DNA of 64,000 nt from Eimeria praecox (lineage: Eukaryota): contig OY986948.1 of assembly GCA_963920595.1 (NCBI GenBank), forward strand, positions 930,001 to 994,000. Direction: 5' to 3'. The stretch's first letter is position 1; each line of letters begins with the position of its first letter. Positions 61,704-64,000 of the stretch are shown piece after piece. Under the pieces are notes generated by a model. The model searched no databases, was not told the origin of the DNA, and saw only the letters and a program-made list of their open reading frames with translations. A program made the position numbers and the translations under genes.

Positions 61704-64000
61704 TCAGCTTTTGCCTGTGGGTGGTGCCGCTGACACTGCGGTGGAGGCAGGCTGTACTGATGCCGGCAAATACTTATCAATGAACTTGACGATTTCGGTT
61801 GCCATGAACGAGTCGTACGCGGGGCCCTGTGCTCACATCGCAAATCTAGTACCTTGCTGTGCTAAATGTATCACAGATTCAGTCATGCTGCAATACTATC
61901 AACCGCATCCAATTAGTTGTTTGCTTGTTTCACTTCTATTAACTAGTCTCATATAAAAAGCGGGGTAGCTACAGAAAGACTTTCAGGAATTTCAATCTAA
62001 AAGTTACATATGTCATCAAATGCGCACAGTGTGCATTCTTCGTTCGTTCCGCTGAAGAGGAGGGTGAACAACATACCTCCATTTCAAAGTGTCCAACCAT
62101 CGGAATAATGCGTTTTTCTTTTGGTTTTTCTGCACTGCAGCAGGCAGAAAGCACAATCCGGTGTCACGGGACCGTTACTCAGCCGCTGGCCCCGACATCT
62201 TGTGTACATAAAGGGGTTCGAAAGTCTAAACACATTCCTTCTACCTTTGTGCCCAAATGTTCGGAGCGGAGGGAGGTCAGCTGTTCAAAAGCCACGTCCA
62301 TAGGATGAGACCGCAATTCTTACAACCATCGTGCGCTCGCTCAAAAAACGCAGCTAGTCCAGCTGAGAATCGGAAAGCCCAACGCACTCATACCTGTTGA
62401 AGTAGCTGATAAACGTCGATGTTGACGTAAACCCGTCTTCATCTCCATGAATGAATAATTTAGGCTTAGAGGACTGCAATATTTTCTTGTAGTGCCCCCT
62501 GCATCAATGCAGCATCAGTACCCGTAAGCTGTATCGGCCTAGAGCATGCAGCTCCTGACTTGAGTTTATTTGAGCTGTACTGTCATTCTTATCTCTCGCT
62601 ACAGAGAGCAAGGGGGGGTCTTTGCAGTGCAGCTGCTCCCCACCTAAACAGGACTGATGCCGCCAAGCCAAACACATAACCAATTCCAACATAACCGCGG
62701 ATTTCTTGCAGCTGCTCGACGGCACTCCCTGCAGCCATTAACCAACCTCATTGTCTTCATCAGCGACCAAATACGCAACACATGCAATCACAACGAGCCA
62801 AGCGGCTCACTGCTTTAATGACACCGGTCACAAGCTGCCTGCATACTGACGGCGTAGAATCTTACCACCAATCGGGGCCCCTGCCGACGATCCAACAATG
62901 ACAATATTTTGAGCTTTAAGATACTTTACGCACCAAGAACACGCTGCAACAACATCCTCCGTCTCTTTGTGGCCCGTCAGCGTCCGCCTGCGGCATTCAT
63001 TCATCAGAAACATGTAAGCAGGTCTTCGGCTATTGTCCTGCGAAAGTTAAAAGGGCTTGCACACACCCCCAAATGCGAAATAATGACGGTGAGTTCCATA
63101 GGCAATACTGCTGCGGCTGCGTGGGGCGATTAGGAGAAACGAAAGTGCATGCGTTATATAGATGTATGCAAATGCAAATGACCATGTACTATATACAGCG
63201 CATCTGTGCACGTACACGCATATCTGCATTTGGGCGTGTATAAACATAACGCATATGCAAGTATGAATATATATCTGTACGTGTGTGGGGCTGACCAGCC
63301 TGTAGAACGGTTTACTCCTCGAAGATCAAAAGTTAATGCGGGGACTCCTCGTTGGGCTACGAGCGTCGCCATGCCAGCCATAAGGGCACTCGAAAGCAGA
63401 GCAGCCAAAACAGAAACGACGATGGGTTTCAGGTTGTTCATAGTACTTTAATAGACGGGTAGTCTACTTCTTACATATACACACGATAAGAAATGATTCA
63501 ACACGCCGTTAGAACTTAAGCTTCATGGTTTCCGAGTAGCTCCTCACAGGCTCGTAGGTGGATTGCTACACTGCAGATATGCGCGCCTAATGAAGCTAAA
63601 TTTCTTCAAAGACCACAATATCCAGAAGCAAAGGTCATTTTCAGTGTATGTGGATAGGTATATGTGCCAACGGGGTGCTCAGTTTATTCTGGATACGCTT
63701 AACGCCTGAAGGTGGTCTCTTGTATAGTGTTATTGAGCTAACATCAACTTTAACCAGAGGCAAGGATTACTTCTGCCTTCCTACTAAAGTCAAGTAGTAT
63801 AAAGGAGTACCCATCTTACCTCGAGCCACCCATAATCGAATACTGATGGACGAAGACAACCATCGGGTTGTTGCCCACGACGTGGTTCAGAGCACGGGAT
63901 TGTATATCCACACTCTGCTCGGCCTCCGGACAGGATGAAGATTCCCCGGTGCTCAAACAGCTGACTGCTGAATCATGAGGAGGATCTGGGCACAACGTTG
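61704..64000 (-). CDS. Alpha/beta-fold serine hydrolase, 5' end beyond the window; 7 exons visible
   Basis: VVFVHQYSIMGGS, TFDLRGVNRSTG, EDVVAACSW, IVGSSAGAPIG (nucleophile Ser), GYVGIGY, KPKLFIHGDEDGFT (Asp), VGHFEME|GPAYD (His). Stop at 61704-61706. Confidence 0.88.

Noticed and set aside
55540..64000. Functional cluster of two alpha/beta hydrolases, or a proline theme with proA
   Set aside because: The genes are from unrelated subfamilies in convergent orientation and proA is about 39 kb away; nothing beyond coincidence supports it.

Overview
Eukaryotic genomic DNA from a coccidian apicomplexan, almost certainly Eimeria. The evidence is pervasive (CAG/CTG)n, interstitial AAACCCT/TTTAGGG heptamer arrays, TGCATGCA runs and spliceosomal introns. 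The window crosses from a repeat-rich segment (~1-21.9 kb) into a repeat-poor segment (~22-64 kb). Gene models assembled by eye, in order: a partial hypothetical gene; a Nup88/Nup82-like nucleoporin candidate (-); organellar release factor RF1 (+); gamma-glutamyl phosphate reductase proA (+); a CCCH zinc-finger protein (+); RPS10 (-); MCTS1/TMA20 (+); an ELM2-domain protein (+); a multi-exon coiled-coil protein (+); a large hypothetical protein (-); a signal-peptide, apicoplast-candidate protein (+); a zf-C2HC protein (+); prolyl oligopeptidase (+); and a partial alpha/beta hydrolase (-). I found no tRNA, rRNA, CRISPR array or intact mobile element. The most interesting unexplained structures are a ~190-bp imperfect hairpin at 24.7-24.9 kb, two perfect fold-back palindromes centred on microsatellites, a dispersed palindromic GGTGTAYGTACACC family, a diverged 104-bp-period direct repeat, strand-specific use of CTG repeats in introns, a uORF whose stop overlaps the main ATG, and a GC-AG intron. 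I did not find a complete new biological system. All family calls come from motif recognition, not database searches.
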